From the NCBI GenBank assembly GCA_963663405.2, contig CAXXSM010000018.1, forward strand, positions 1 through 64,000: 64,000 nucleotides of DNA, read 5' to 3'. The DNA is from a bacterium (GTDB taxonomy: Bacteria; Hinthialibacterota; Hinthialibacteria; Hinthialibacterales; Hinthialibacteraceae). Positions within the stretch are counted from its first letter, which is position 1, and each line of letters begins with the position of its first letter. Shown here piece after piece: positions 39,312 to 53,467 of the stretch. The notes under the pieces were generated by a model that saw only the letters and a program-made list of their open reading frames with translations, did not search any database and was not told the DNA's origin. Both the position numbers and the translations under genes were made by a program.

Positions 39312-42300
39312 TTACTTCCAAACGTTTGAAAAGATAAAAAGATCGCGGTAATCAACGGTTTGATTGCCGTCAAAGTCTCCTCGTGTGGATAGGCGCCAAT
39401 TTTCAATCAACAAAAGAAGGTCCCATTGATTAATTATGCCATTCCCATCAATGTCTCCGGTTGGACTGTGAGCGGAAGTTTGAAACCAACCGTAATCAGA
39501 CCAGGCGCTCCAATTATTGTTCTCATCTTGATAGCGAACTCGCCATAAGTATTGCCGATCTAAGGATAAATTTCCTTCTGGCACGAATACCTCTGTTACG
39601 GATTGCAACGTTCCACTTTCCCAGGTGATTGAACCAAACGCATAATCCCGAATTTCAAATTGCGCCGCTTTCTGATTCAAGTTTTGTGGATGCAAATAAG
39701 GGGAACCTTTTAAATTCAGCTGTGGAGGAGAGAGAACCGCTCCCATCAGTGGAGCCATAGTAATTGGCTGGTCAGGAGATGGAGCGCTTATGGTGTGCAT
39801 CGTTTCGTTGGTGATGATGGGTTGATTTGCGTCGAAAATGATCTCCGCTTTATTACGAATTTCCGTTCCCGATTCCAAACCAGGGATAGGATCAATCGAA
39901 AAGGTGACATGCCCCTCTCCATCTCCTGTTTCGGGATTGTTGGGAGGGAGAAAACCAACACCGCCGTCAAGTGGAAGCGTTTCCGTTTTTGGATCGATCA
40001 TCGTGAGAATCCATCGGGCGCGGCCTGTGTACGAATTGATGCGAGATTCTATATCAATGGCATAATTATTGAAAACAACTCTCTGATAATAATCAGAATG
40101 GACATTAAAAATGGAGATAGTTCGATCGCTGAACGCGACTTCATGCAATGTAAATGTATCCCAATCGAACAAATCCGACAGGTCGTCGATTATGGTTACT
40201 TGTTGCGCTGACGCGGTGGCCGTAGGCGTGTTTTCAAAGAAAATTGTATAGGTGATTGGATCGGAATCGGAGATTTCTCCTTCCATTCCCCCCGGACCGT
40301 CTTTCTCATTTGGATCGTGTGGAATAACAACAGGTACTTGATTTTGCACTACATTGGTGACAGGAGGATCGGGAAATTCTTCTCCATCGTCAACGCAATG
40401 ACGGCGGTATGTTTGATAATTCGCATACATGCGCTTCATACGGATATTGTAGGCTCCATAGCTTAAAATCGCCGCGCGTTCCACCGCGTCAATGGTTGAG
40501 AATGTATCGCGAATCGATTGAACCGTATTGCCAATTTGTTTGTAGATATCCTTGATTTTAAGAAGTGGATTTACGGCAATGTGCGGCCTCATTTCCAAAC
40601 TACTCCGGCGAACAGCCCAGGAAGGCAGACCGCCTTTCACAGCGTACCGCTTTCCAAGTGCCCCATCCCGACGAATGGCTTATGTTCGGTTCCACGCTTC
40701 TTTCTTTGCGAAATTAGGATCGAGCGCGGCCTGGATTTTGATACCATCTTCGCTCTGTTTCAGTTCTCGTAAGTGTTTGTTGACTTCATAGGAAAATGTA
40801 GTGAAATTGATTTTCCCTTCAAGCAATTGATTGAAAGAGATGGAAATCCGTTTATAGGCTTCTTTGGCGAGATTATAAGCGGATTGCGCCGTACCGGCAT
40901 GGCCAACATTGTCATGGAGTTCTTTAAGGAAACCAGCGCCTTTTCCTGTGAATAGCAATCCCAGGTCGGCGATATGTCCGGCCAATACCAGAAATTGCGC
41001 AATCGATTCAGCCGTCCCCGCATAGGTGGCTAAACTTCGATTTAACACCCATTGGTTCCACACACGCATATACGCGTGTTCGGCGTTTCGGAATTCATAA
41101 TACACATTGTTCGCCGCGTTTTGGCATCGGCTGTTATCCGTGAACGGATCGAACGCGTCGGAGGCCAATTGCAACCATTGGTAGCGATTCCCCCCCACGT
41201 AATCGAGAATCTCTTCCGCAAGCGGGCTTCGTGGAAAATTAGGAAGTTCTGTTTCATATTCATTGTATTCATGCTCAGAGGAAAAAATAGCGCCGGTCAA
41301 ACCGGATGGTCGCATACCATTGGAGAAGGAAGGATCGACCAATTGAGTTTGGATTTGATTCATAATGTTTCGCATATCTTTTAACGCCGCGATCGCTTGT
41401 TCCTCAAGGAACAAGCCTATACCTGGAGAGAGCGCTAATGTGAATTCTTGTATTTGGAAAGAAGGTTCGGGGGCAATTGTTATATCCTGTTCTAGGATAT
41501 TTCCCATGAATGAGAGAGTGATTTGATAATCGCCCGGCATGAGAGAGGAAGTTTGAAAGCGCCCTTGGAAGTCCGTTTCTCCAGAATAAACGGAAAAGCC
41601 GTTAAATGTAATATTAATTTTTGTATGGGGGAGTGGATATGATTTCTGCGCGTCAATAACCGTACATTGAAGCATGATACCTTGATCCGATATTTCCATT
41701 GTTAATGGATCATTTTGATCGGTGAGTGAGATGGTTTCAACATGAACGGGATATCCTTCAGCATATACAATGAACGTATAGATTCCCTGCCCCAAACGTT
41801 CATCTATGAATTCACCGTTCTCATCCGTAAATACAACGATTCCTGGATCCGCTGGATGACTTTTGATTAAGATCATGGCATAAGGAATTGAAGCCTCTGA
41901 ACCTTGCAAGCTGATTTTCCCCGTTCGAGTTATCGATTCGCTTAGTGTGAAATTGAGATTTTGGTTCGTATCTCCTATCGTTCCTTCCATGATCTCACGC
42001 GCGAAGCCTGGAGCGTTCACAGTCAATAGGAATGGTCCAGGCGTGACGCCTTGATATTGGTACATACCTGATTCGTCCGATGTTGTTACCAATGCGTCTA
42101 GGTTTGGATTCCAGCTATCGATGGGGATCAAAGTAACGGTCGCATTGGCGATAGGGGCTGCGGTCTCGTTTTGAATCATGCCCGATAATTCGCTTTGGTA
42201 TGGGGAGATGACCAGATCCGATACATCAGATTCTAATTCAACTGTTTGAACTGGATAGATAAACTTATCATAGATGGTTTGAATTGATACAGAGCCAATT

Positions 42301-45300
42301 GGCAATCCCGATAGGGAAAACTCACCTTGCATCGATTCTATCGTCGCTAGGGTTTGATCATTTTCTCCATTGATTATTAATGTGGCGTCACTCGAAATTC
42401 CCTGCCCTTGTGGATCTAAAATTGTGCCGCGGATCGATGCGCTTCTCCGCAAGGGAATTTCAATCAAACCGGGCGCCTCGACTGATTGAATATCAACTAA
42501 CACCTGTCCTTTCGCATATCCTTCCGCTTGCGCATTCATATAATAAAGTCCGGGATCTAACGTTGAGAGATCGAATAAACCATTTTCACCGGAGACAAAA
42601 AAATCTGATAATCCAGAACGCAAGTTATAAATCATGACTAAACTGTCAGCGATCCCAGTTGCCGTATCTTCCTCGATCACTCGTCCACTTCTATGAAGCG
42701 CAGGTTGCATGAGAATATCGAACTGGCCGATAGCCAGATCCGTTAGAGTGACTTGAATCTGATTTTGGAGAATATAACTTGGCGCAAAGCATTGTATTGT
42801 ATAATTCCCTGCCTCAAGACGTTCGATCGTATACGATCCATCTTGAAGGCTTCTGGCTGGATAGCGTATTCCATTCTCACCAAACGCGATTACTCCAGCG
42901 TCTTCAATACCCATATTCGTTTGGGCGTCGAGAACCTTTCCTTGTAGAGTCAATTCCGGGCGTAATATGAAATCAATTTCACGTAATACTTGTCCATCTT
43001 GAATCTGAAGCCCTTCATACCGTTTAGATGTATAACCTTGGAGTTCGGCCAATATCTCATACAATCCCTCCGAAAGGCCATAGAAGCAATACGATCCTTC
43101 CTCGTCAGTGATAGCTGTGGTGATTGTTCCTTCTTGATTCTTCACACTTACAATCACGGATTGAATAGGATAGCGGTCAGGATCATCAAATACCGTTCCT
43201 TGAATCTCACCACCATAAGGCACATGGATCACTAGATCGGAGATCGTTGAACCTTGTGTCACGGCAAGTTCAACAGGAGAAATATCTGTATATCCTTCCA
43301 CTTCAACCAAGTAATTTCCTGCGGAAACGCCCGTGATTTCAAAATAGCCTTCCACATCCGTATGCTCTTCATAAATTAACGAGTTATCCACTGTTTCGCT
43401 TTGATTCGTCAAGACGATCACGCGTTGCGTCTGAGGGTGTTGATAAACGCGGTCTATTACTTGGCCACGGATAACGGCGGATGGTTGATCGAATAAAACG
43501 TTTAATAGAGATTGAATCAGCTGTCTTCCATCATATTCGAGAATGCCATTCTCCCATAAGATATTTGCCTGCTCAGCAATAGCCAATTGATACGCTCCCC
43601 ACGTTTGCCCTACTGCGTCGCTATACACGACAAAATCTGGGTGATTCCAAGCGACCAGTTCACCGGTATTTGATAAAACGCCGATTGAGAATTCAATTGG
43701 ATTGTTTGTCGTGACTTGGAAGAGAATTGGTATTGTGTTCCCTGCCCCTGGAGGAAGAACGCTCGCTGGGCTATTGGCTGCGATTCCAAGGATGTGGATC
43801 GATTGTTTTAAAAACGGATCGCTATTGGACAGCGCCATTGGAACAACCGGATCACTACTCACAACAAAAATAGGCGCGGTCAAATCCGCGTCACCTTCGT
43901 TGTGGAAATGAAGCAGCGCGGTATACGTCCGGTTGGGACGGACAAGGTTTGGAAGCGTAAAATCTGTAACCAGTTTCGCTCCAATACCTGGTTGAATCTC
44001 GAACGCAGCGGGAAAATCGTACTGGACATTATCATCAGGCCATTGAACGGTGAATTGATAGCGGCCGGTTTGCGCATTGGTTAAATCAAACTCAGCGTAT
44101 AAAGTACTATCATCCGCGCGCATTTGATTTCGTTGACTGTCGATGGTTTTTCCGTTTGGAGAAACAAACTGGACAATGACGCTGTCATTGAAATCTGAAC
44201 CTGACAAAGTCAATGTAACCGATCCTTTGTTCCCCGCCTTCATTGGAGATAACGCCGTGACGTATTGATCGACATATGTGAACTGGATTTCGTATACATC
44301 TTCTTCCGCTACAATTTCTTTGGCGAAAACCAGAACATAATATTCGCCGGATTCTGTGTTCGGAATCAGCAATTCATGTGCGGATCGTAACTGGGGGCCA
44401 TCAACCATACTATCATACCGGGCGGCTGAAGGTTCATATCCATAAGCGGCGAACAGTTGATAGCGGCTGCTTTGATTGGGAGAGGTCAATTGGCACAGTA
44501 GATTACGATTTTCTTCCGCAGTGATGTGATATAAGTGAAGGCCATAATGTGAGATTGTGTTGGAAAACGTTTCACCGATTGATAGTTCCTGCGGTTCAAG
44601 GGGTTGGTCTGGAACTTGTTCCGCACTTGTAAACCAGGGATCATAGAGGACGTTGCTAGTGACAGAATCCCCCGATCCAGGCCCTTCACCAGAGGGGCCG
44701 CTGGCGTCTCCCCACCAATTCAATGTGGCGTCCACAACAGCCGTTTGTGAATCATTTCGAACTCCCGAATCATTTCCTTCGATGCGGCTGAATTGTATAG
44801 CCGAATTTATTTGAGAAGTGTCATCGGCCCATACAGCGATTGTGTTATCATTCAAGCGATTATAGGCGGCGTGAAGTTGGCTGAACTCCCGAATCCGTAC
44901 GGCGGTTCCATTCGCTTGAAACAAGCAACGTTCAGCGGACACATTCGCTGCCCCCTGCACATCAAGCGCTGCTCCGCTTCTTCCACCGTTCTGAAACACG
45001 GCGTTCCGAAGGATTCCTTGAGATTGATCAATGAATGAGAAACCATTATAAATCGAACGTGTTGTCGCGTATTCAATCGTTGGTGGAGCGCTGAAGACAA
45101 TCGGACGATCGTCTTCTCCCATGGCGCTGAGATAGCCAGCAACCTGCAATCCCGCCGCAGGCGCATTGAAAGCCATCATTGTTCCTGGACGAATTTGCAA
45201 CGATCCCTCTTCGCTGATTGTAAGCAATCGCGCTGTTTGGTAATAGCCTCCAATCAGCGGATTCATGATACCCGCCAGATCCAACTCTCCTTCAATAATT

Positions 45301-48300
45301 TCCAGAGGGCCGGAATTTGTGACAATGTTACCAGGATCGGAGGAGGCCGCGGTAAGAAAGTTTACTCGTCCGAGTAGAGCGTTATTCGTAAATTGATTAT
45401 TGCCGAATTGAATACGCGCAGCGCTTCCCGATGTGGATAGCGCATTTACATTGTTCGAGAACGAACTCCCATTTAATGAAACTTGGGCGGAATCTCTTGC
45501 CTGAACGGCTATTTGATTCGAATCGAATTGCGAATTGGATATGATAAGGTTGGAGTCAGATGAAGTGTCAATCGCGCTCGATTGATTATTTTGGAACACG
45601 GTTTGACTTAGCTGGATATTGGAGGATCGAACACTGATTCCTTGCCCGCCGCTTTCCCGGATATTCAAATTTGTGATTGAAAATGTATCGGAATCGAGAA
45701 ACGCTAATTGAGCGCCACTGCCATTAGAAAAATAATTGGAACCCCCATATTCGATTTCGGTATAGGTGATCGCACCCGATGCGTTGTTTTCATACACCAG
45801 TGAGCCCCAGCTTCCAGGTGTTGGAATTGCGTTCCCTGATGTCAATAAAATTGGCCTTGATTCAGTTCCTAGACAATTAAATTTTCCATGTACAATCAAA
45901 TCAGAAAGAAATCTCGAGAATTGAATTGTATTGCCAGACGCCAGCGTAATATCACTTTCTTCTGTCAAGATCACATCATCAGTAATTTCATAGGGAATCG
46001 ATGGCGAGGGCCAAACGCCAGTACCCGACCAATTTCCACCTTTAATTAAAATAGCATTTGAACCATTCCCTTCAGCCGAGATGTTTTTTAGAAGGGGAAA
46101 CGAATTGCTTTCGATCACGATTGCATTGTTCCGGTTGTTTTGGAATCGGCAATTCTCTACTGTTGGCGCGGCGTTTTTAATCCATAAACCATTTTGTTTG
46201 TTATTTTGAAACGTACAGAACGTAAATGTGGGGGAACATTGATCAAAGAAGACAACGGCGGCTCCCGTATGACTGAAATAATTGGAACCTCCATTCTCAA
46301 TGACACAGTATGATAAGTGTGTATTTGTATTGTCAATCGTTTCCGCAAAGTACACTCCTCCAAACGATCCCGCTTCGTGATTGTATAGACTAGTAAATAC
46401 AATCGGACTGGAAACGCTTCCAATCGCTTCCAATGATCCTTTCACGATTAAATCAGTAGAATATTGCTGGAATCGTATGGTGTTTCCAGCATCGATCGAC
46501 AGATGAACCGATTCTGGAATCGTGACATCATCTTCCAAGTTATAGTCTAAATTCGCGATTCCCCAACGGCCTGAAGTAGAAAGTTCGCCTCCCCGAATTG
46601 TAATATTGTTGAAGGAATTTCCAGACGCTTGGTTTTGAGCAAAGAATGGAAAACTATGAACATCCATACGAATCGCATAGGACTGACAATTTTCAATCCG
46701 GTTACGTTCTATGATGGATGTTGATTGAAATAGAGCAAGACCATCTGTTCTTGAGTTTTGTATCACGCAATCGGTTATCGCAGGCGATGCGTTATCGATA
46801 CGAACATTCGCCGTCCCAGTATTTGAAAAATAATTCGAACCTCCATATGACACTACGCAATGTTTCAAAATAGAATCACTCGAATTCGGGCCTTGGAACA
46901 ATATTCCACCCCAGGAACCGGATTGCTCGATCCGATTGACCGATATGAAGGTAATGGGTTGAGAGTCCATCCCTTCCGCGATAAGGGAGCCATAGACATT
47001 TAAATCTGTTGATTGTGCCAGAAACTGGATTTCTGTATTTGGATCGATCGTCAGCGTCATTCCCGCTGGCACATCGACATCCCCATTGAGTAAATAGGGG
47101 ATTTCCACATAATCCCATCGCCCGCTTTGTCCAAGAGAACCTGAAGTGATTACGATGGCGTCGTATTGATTATTACCGGCTGATATCGAAGTAAATACAG
47201 GATATGAATTTGGATCCATATAGGCTGCGGATTGGATATTGCTTTCAAAATGTACATCAACAAGTTGAGCGTTCGATGATAACAAACTTAATCCATTTGT
47301 TTGGGAAGATACGAATTGACAGTTCGAGATCGTTGGAGACGATTCATGGCATCGCGCCATCGAATTTTGAGTAGATGAAAAATAGTTGCTTCCACCATAT
47401 TTAATGACGCAATGATTGAGAATTGAATTGGTGGAACTGGATTGTGCGAATAAAATCCCCCCCCATACTCGTTCGTCGGAATCGTTCGCCGACGTAAAAG
47501 TAATAGGCTGATCGCTCGTACCAACCGCTGTTAGATTCCCATAGATATTGAGATTACTAAAGGATTCGACAAACTGGATCATCACTCCCGCTTCTATGAT
47601 CAATTCGATGTTCTCAGGAACGGTAATATCTTCATCAATAAGATAGGGTAAAGAATGAACGCGCCAAGTTCGATTTTTTTGCAAGGAGCCGCTGCTAATG
47701 CGTACACCATCATAACGGTTTCCTGTGGCGGTGTTGTTTGATAAAATTGGGGAACTGTCCAGATTCATCCAAACCGGTTCGGCTGCATTATTGATAAAAT
47801 GGCAATCCCTTATCACCGCCTCTGAATTTTCGAGAAGAATTACATATGCGCCGCTGTTCTGGAACACACAATGATCAATTTGGGGAGAACAATTAATAAT
47901 ACGGACCATTCCACTGCTAGACGATGAAAAATAGTTCGATCCCCCTTTCTCGAACACGGCGTGTTGAATAACGCTTTGTTGGTTCACTTCAGTATTTTGC
48001 AATAAAATTCCACCCCATTCGTTATTCTCCTCAGTAGGCTGAAATAGAACAGGTGAATTCTCACTCCCTTGAACGAGTAGTATTCCATTAACAATAAGAT
48101 CCACAAACGGGGCGCCAAACTGAATTTTACAACCTGCGGCGATGGTTAAGGTCACGCCTTGATCGACAGTAAGATCTTCGTTAATCACAATCGTTTGATT
48201 TGGTCCCCACGTTGTATTGAATTGGATGTTGCGTTCTGAAATGACAAGCGATTGGCTGTAAGAATTAAGATTGAATCCTATAAATACGAAAAACAAAATA

Positions 48301-48332
48301 AGTAGATAAATTGTTGATTTCATGATATTCAA
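39312..48332 (-). CDS. Giant secreted protein: parallel beta-helix repeats, carboxypeptidase-regulatory-like Ig repeats, DPNEK domain, dockerin/EF-hand-like tail; one in-frame TAA at 40680-40682
   Basis: The 2550-aa and 442-aa ORFs share a frame. Repeated GGSNYFS; G.V.D..T..PI..A repeats; PHDPNEKDGP; GDIDGNG and GDFDGN. Confidence 0.8.
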
Positions 48333-48691
48333 TCTCCCTGCAAAAGGAATAGAGTATTCCCATTCATATAATCAGTATTTCATATTGTATTATAGATGAA
48401 ATGAAAAGTATATTATATAAGTGATTTGTCCGTCGGTATTCGGAAGGATTTTTTAGGAGGAAATCCATCAAGTCGATAACTAGACTTGGTAAGCGGCCGC
48501 TTCTCGATATTCTACAACGGCCTTATCAATCAGTGAAGCAATTTCTCATACCCAATCAGCTAAGAGAAAATAGTGATCAGGCCTCACAGCGTTTCATCCC
48601 GGTTTAGTATTCCAACTACACATAATCAATATCTCCGACACGATGCTTCCCTAGCAACGTTAACTTCCGGCGCAGCCATTTCATCCAATTA

Positions 48692-49747
48692 TTATTTCTC
48701 TTTGTTGATAAAAATCCCTTTAAAGACTTTTGTAGTTCGATGGCCAGGGCGATCTTCTCCACCGGGTATCACATAACCGCCTTGCCACAAAACGGCTGGC
48801 GTTGTGGCTAAGCTGAATGGCGTTTTTCCCACTCGCGTCCAGCGGTTCTCTTTCACATCAAAAACAACGATATCACGATCAAAACCAGGATGTTGGTCTT
48901 TTAATTCCCAGACACGATCAGCGTTTTCTCCACTATCACCACTAAAAACCATAATCTGATCTTGATAAACCCATGCCGGTCCTGGCGCCGCAGTCACAGC
49001 GCGAGGAAGATCGGGTAGTTTTTTCCATCCATCCTTTTCAGTAAAGCGGTATGCGTCTGCTAAGTAACGCCGTTTTGTTTCGCCTTCTTCGTTGGCGTAT
49101 AATTGACAACCGCTGAATAGATAAAATGCGCCTTGACGTACCGCCGCAACAGGTAGAATCCGCGCCGGTCCCGGCCATGGTTTCAGCGAACGCCAACCGT
49201 TTTGAAGTTGATCCAAATCCAACCGCCAAAATTCGCGCTGCGCGTCCGAAGCCGCAGGGCTCGCTTGTCCTGCAGTGACATAAATCTGATTCCCGATCCT
49301 CGCAGCGGTATGGAATGCGCTGGGCTGCGGCAGTGATGGCAGAAGATCTTTCACAATTTTCCCATTCATCCAACGCAGCCGAAATACATCCGCATAATGC
49401 TTTTCACGATCGCCGCCGCCGATCATAATCAAACCCTTATCATCGCTGACCGATCCACCATACGCTAAGGGGCGAGGCAGCCGTCCCGCGTCAATCCATT
49501 GATTCGAGCCAGGTTTCAACGCGTAGATGGAATCCACCCATACTTTTTTACCACCTTCAAACAACGGTATAGGGAAATTCGCCCCACCCGCCGCTAATAA
49601 CACGCCACCGCTGACACCCGCATATTGCCCGCCAACAGCGGAGGGACGTTCAGGCAGCATTTTCCATTCAATCGCAGGAAGGTCTGAAAATGCGTTCTGA
49701 ACAAAAAACAAAGCGAATAATAATGCGATCCATCGATGAGAAATCAT
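48692..49747 (-). CDS. Kelch-repeat protein, N-acetylneuraminate epimerase (NanM)-like
   Basis: AAGGANFP, LPRPLAYG and GGEDRPG.RT; signal peptide; operon context. Confidence 0.75.
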   Translation of the reverse strand: MISHRWIALLFALFFVQNAFSDLPAIEWKMLPERPSAVGGQYAGVSGGVLLAAGGANFPIPLFEGGKKVWVDSIYALKPGSNQWIDAGRLPRPLAYGGSVSDDKGLIMIGGGDREKHYADVFRLRWMNGKIVKDLLPSLPQPSAFHTAARIGNQIYVTAGQASPAASDAQREFWRLDLDQLQNGWRSLKPWPGPARILPVAAVRQGAFYLFSGCQLYANEEGETKRRYLADAYRFTEKDGWKKLPDLPRAVTAAPGPAWVYQDQIMVFSGDSGENADRVWELKDQHPGFDRDIVVFDVKENRWTRVGKTPFSLATTPAVLWQGGYVIPGGEDRPGHRTTKVFKGIFINKEK

Positions 49748-49794
49748 TTTATGAGTTCCTTGTTTCTGGGAGAGAATTACGGTTTACGCCTGTA

Positions 49795-50712
49795 TCAATT
49801 GTGGTTGCATAAATAAGGTTTATAGCCGCCTGTTTCCAGAGTGTTTTCAATAGAAAGCCGGTCGGATTCAGACAAAGGCTTCAACGGTGGACGAACGGTT
49901 CCACAATCCACTCCAATCCATGTCATGATCGCTTTGCCAGCCGCAATTTCATTATGCTGCTTAATTAGACGAATCAAGTCGATCGATAGAGATTGTAGAT
50001 CACGGGCCTTTTCATAATCTCCATCGTGAAACGCCTGGATCATCGCTTGATAAAGCGGCGCGGCATAGTTATAGGTGCTGCCGACCGCGCCATCGATCCC
50101 ATACGATAACGCCGCCAATAAAAGTTCATCTTTCCCAAACAAGATGTTATACCGGCCGTTTTTATAACGTTGACATGCAAGCAAATCGACGAAATCATTA
50201 TGCGTATATTTGATACCGGCCAAAGTTGGAATGCGATCTTCCGCCAGTTTGATAAAATCGATCATAGGAAAAGAAACATTCGTCAATAGAGGAATATGAT
50301 AAAAATAAAAAGGCAGGTTCGGGGCCGAACTAGCGACAATTTGGCAACAGTTTACTAAATCCAAAAGATCCGCCGGACGATAATAACTGGGCGCGACCAT
50401 AGAAATCGCGTATGCGCCTTTTTCTTGCGCGTACCGCGCAAGCGTCTGACTATGCTCAAAACAATCATCTCCCACATGAACGATGACGGGAAAATCTCCC
50501 CGGCTGTGTTCCATCCAACAATCGACAACGCGATTTCGTTCTTCAATTTTCAAGAGTTTCCCTTCTCCTGTCGTGCCGCAAATAAAAGCGCCGTCAATGG
50601 GGTTGTCGCGATAGAGCTGAACTTGTTTGATAATCTGCTCGTAGTGAATGGAGCCGTCTTGACGCATGGGCGTATGGGACGCGGCGATGAGTCCTGTAAG
50701 TTTTTCAGGCAT
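49795..50712 (-). CDS. nanA: N-acetylneuraminate lyase / DHDPS family
   Basis: GTTGE, FYFYHIP, GIKYT, GKDE, GAVGSTYN. Confidence 0.75.
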   Translation of the reverse strand: MPEKLTGLIAASHTPMRQDGSIHYEQIIKQVQLYRDNPIDGAFICGTTGEGKLLKIEERNRVVDCWMEHSRGDFPVIVHVGDDCFEHSQTLARYAQEKGAYAISMVAPSYYRPADLLDLVNCCQIVASSAPNLPFYFYHIPLLTNVSFPMIDFIKLAEDRIPTLAGIKYTHNDFVDLLACQRYKNGRYNILFGKDELLLAALSYGIDGAVGSTYNYAAPLYQAMIQAFHDGDYEKARDLQSLSIDLIRLIKQHNEIAAGKAIMTWIGVDCGTVRPPLKPLSESDRLSIENTLETGGYKPYLCNHN

Positions 50713-50768
50713 TATTAAATCCTCATAAATTAGATTTCATTGTAAATAGATTATGCCGCCGGAGGCGT

Positions 50769-52231
50769 TTACTTCGCCCGGCTGGCAATCAAACTAAATA
50801 GATAACTGATAGAGAAAGCGGATACGATTCCAAGCGCAGCGTAGGTTTGCGTATGCCATTGATATTCGTATTTAATGATCGCGAGTAGCGCGGTGCTGAT
50901 AACCAGCGCCGCTACGACCCCTATTTGGTTGGCGCGTTTCGTAAACAGACCGGCGCAGAAGATTCCCGCCAGTACACCGCCAAGCAATCCCTGAATCGCG
51001 ACGAATAAATCCCACGCGCCTTTTTGTTCGGGATTATTCAATAAACTCTGCGCCACCCAAATCGCGATTCCCGTCCCCAGCGCTCCCGCTGCAATGGTGA
51101 CCATGCGGGCGAGATACAAGCGGCGCCGATCGCTGCTTTCAGGATCGCGAAAACGTTGGTAGAAATCTGTAATGCAAACGGTCGCGATCGAATTCAGGCT
51201 GGAATCCAAACTCGACATCGAACCTGCAAAGATCGCCGCAATCAACAAGCCCGAAATTCCCATAGGGAGTTGATGAATGATAAAAAAGGGGAAAACACGA
51301 TCGTACTTGACACCGCTTTCCAGCAAGTCTGGATGGGTGAAATAAAATGAATACAGCGCCGTCCCTAAAAAGAAAAAAAGAAGCGATGCGGGAATAGTGA
51401 TCAAAACGCTTAACCACAAACAATTCCGCGCTTCCCGGTCTGTCTTTACGGTGAAATAACGCTGAACGACGGTTTGATCGGAAGCGTAGGGCACTAAATT
51501 CGTGAAAAACGCTCCAATGAGCAAATACCAAATAAGATCTTTAGAAACGCTGGGATCCGTGTGAATCATAGCGAATTTATTGTGTTCCCAGCCGATTTTA
51601 ATGATCCCAACAAAACCACCCTCGACTTCCAAGCAAATAATCAGCAACGCCACCAATGCGCCGGCGGCTAAAATGATCGCTTGGATTACATCCGTCCATA
51701 TAACCACTTCGATCCCGCCCATGACGGTATAGACTGTCGCGAGGACGCCCATGAAAACGATCATCCAATAAACGGAAAAAACCGGTTACTTCCGCCAGCG
51801 CCAGCGCGGGCAAATATAGCACAATCGCTACGCGGCCCACCTGCATCATAATATAGGCCAACGCGCCATACGCCCGCGTTTCAGGACCAAAACGGTCTTC
51901 TAGTATTTGATAGATCGAAGTGTATTTTTTGCCTACGGTAATACGGGAGAAAAAAATAAATAACGAACACACCCACGATGGGAATACCCAAGTTAAATAC
52001 CAACCATGACCAATCGTTCTCATACGCCATTCCCGGAATGGAAATGTACGTTATCGCGCTCAACTGTGTAGCGAAAATCGAAATGCCCACAGCCCACCAT
52101 ACGATATTCCGGTTTCCTACGAAAAACCGTTCCGTGGATCCTTCCTTGCGGGAAAAATAATACCCTATCCCCACCATGACCGCCATATAGACAATCAGTA
52201 CGATATAGTCAATCAAATAGAAACCATTCAT
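50769..52231 (-). CDS. Sodium:solute symporter (sialic-acid SiaT-like), split by frameshifts
   Basis: SIFATQLSAITYISIPG, LEDRFG, GGIEVVIWTD, DQTVVQRY and MSSLDSSLNS, spread over three overlapping ORFs. Confidence 0.85.
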
Positions 52232-52317
52232 TAGCGGAAATCGTTCCTCTCCCGGCGCCAAATGCAGTGATTGGGGCAGGGTGGATCACGCTTTATCGAT
52301 CCACCGGGAATCTACAA

Positions 52318-53444
52318 TTAGAGTTTCTTCGCAAGCGCGTCAATTTCATCGATTTTAAACCGGACGCCAACAACGGAATGTTTTTTTCTCTCCCGGCTGA
52401 TACTTGATGTAGGTCACCGCCATAATGGTTTCATCCGGCAGATAGGACATCCCAGGATATCCACAATCCGCGCCTGCGTAACTATGGAGCAATTTGATTC
52501 GGTATTGGCCGGGCCGGTTATTGCGGATATCAGAATAGTTCCCCACCCATGCGACAAAATGGCCGTATGTATCACTCTTTTGCGCGCGATCCCGAAACGC
52601 AATCACCAAACGTCCATCCTTTGTATACACCCCCTGATGCCGGTCGCCTGTCAGTCCCCACGGCGTATCCACCGGCCGACTCCAATTTTTCCCCTCATCT
52701 TGGCTGAACATCATCAGGCTTCTGCCTTTATGGATATTCTCTCTCATGAGACAACATAACTCATTCCCGTCTGGGGAGCGAAAGCCGTATGGCTCACATG
52801 GATCTTTTCCTTCGACATTTGCTATCACTTTTGGCTCAGACCAGGTTAAACCGCCGTCATTGGTTTGGGTTTGAAGCGCTTCTAAACTGCCGTCAACCCG
52901 CTGGTGATAAAGACCAATATAGTTACCATCCTTTAGCTGAACAACGCTGCTGAAGGTCATCACATTTCGAAAACCAAGCGGCTTCATAACGCGCCATGTT
53001 TTTCCGCTGTCTTCACTTACAATACGAGGCATTTCCGGTTTGCGCGACGAATACCCAGATCCGGCTGACGCCTTTCTCGTCCGTCATGCGATAGATGCTT
53101 GGACAGTTGACATAGGTGGAAAACTCGCGGGGGAGTTGATCGTCCAACCGCTCCCAGGTCAACCCTCCATCATCGCTGCGCGCCATCGTCCCGGAAGGTC
53201 CACCATGACCAACGCTCCAAACACAGAACATTGTTTTACCATCCGGCATTAATAACGTTGTTGGATGGCCTTGATAGACGGTTTCCGATCCCGCGGCGAT
53301 GACTACATGACGATCCGTCTCCGCGGAAATATCAATAAGAGGGAGATGATCTTCTTGGGCGAAACTATTATGTGACAAAAGACCAACCGTTCCCGTGGCG
53401 CAAGCGATTAGGGCGGATTGTTTTATAAATCTACGGCGTTTCAT
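52318..53444 (-). CDS. Tat-exported sialidase-family (BNR/Asp-box) protein, frameshifted
   Basis: KRRRFIK; Asp boxes [24 protein letters not shown] and SQDEGKNW; DCGYP. Confidence 0.82.
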
Positions 53445-53467
53445 GTTTTACCTCTTATACATATTGT

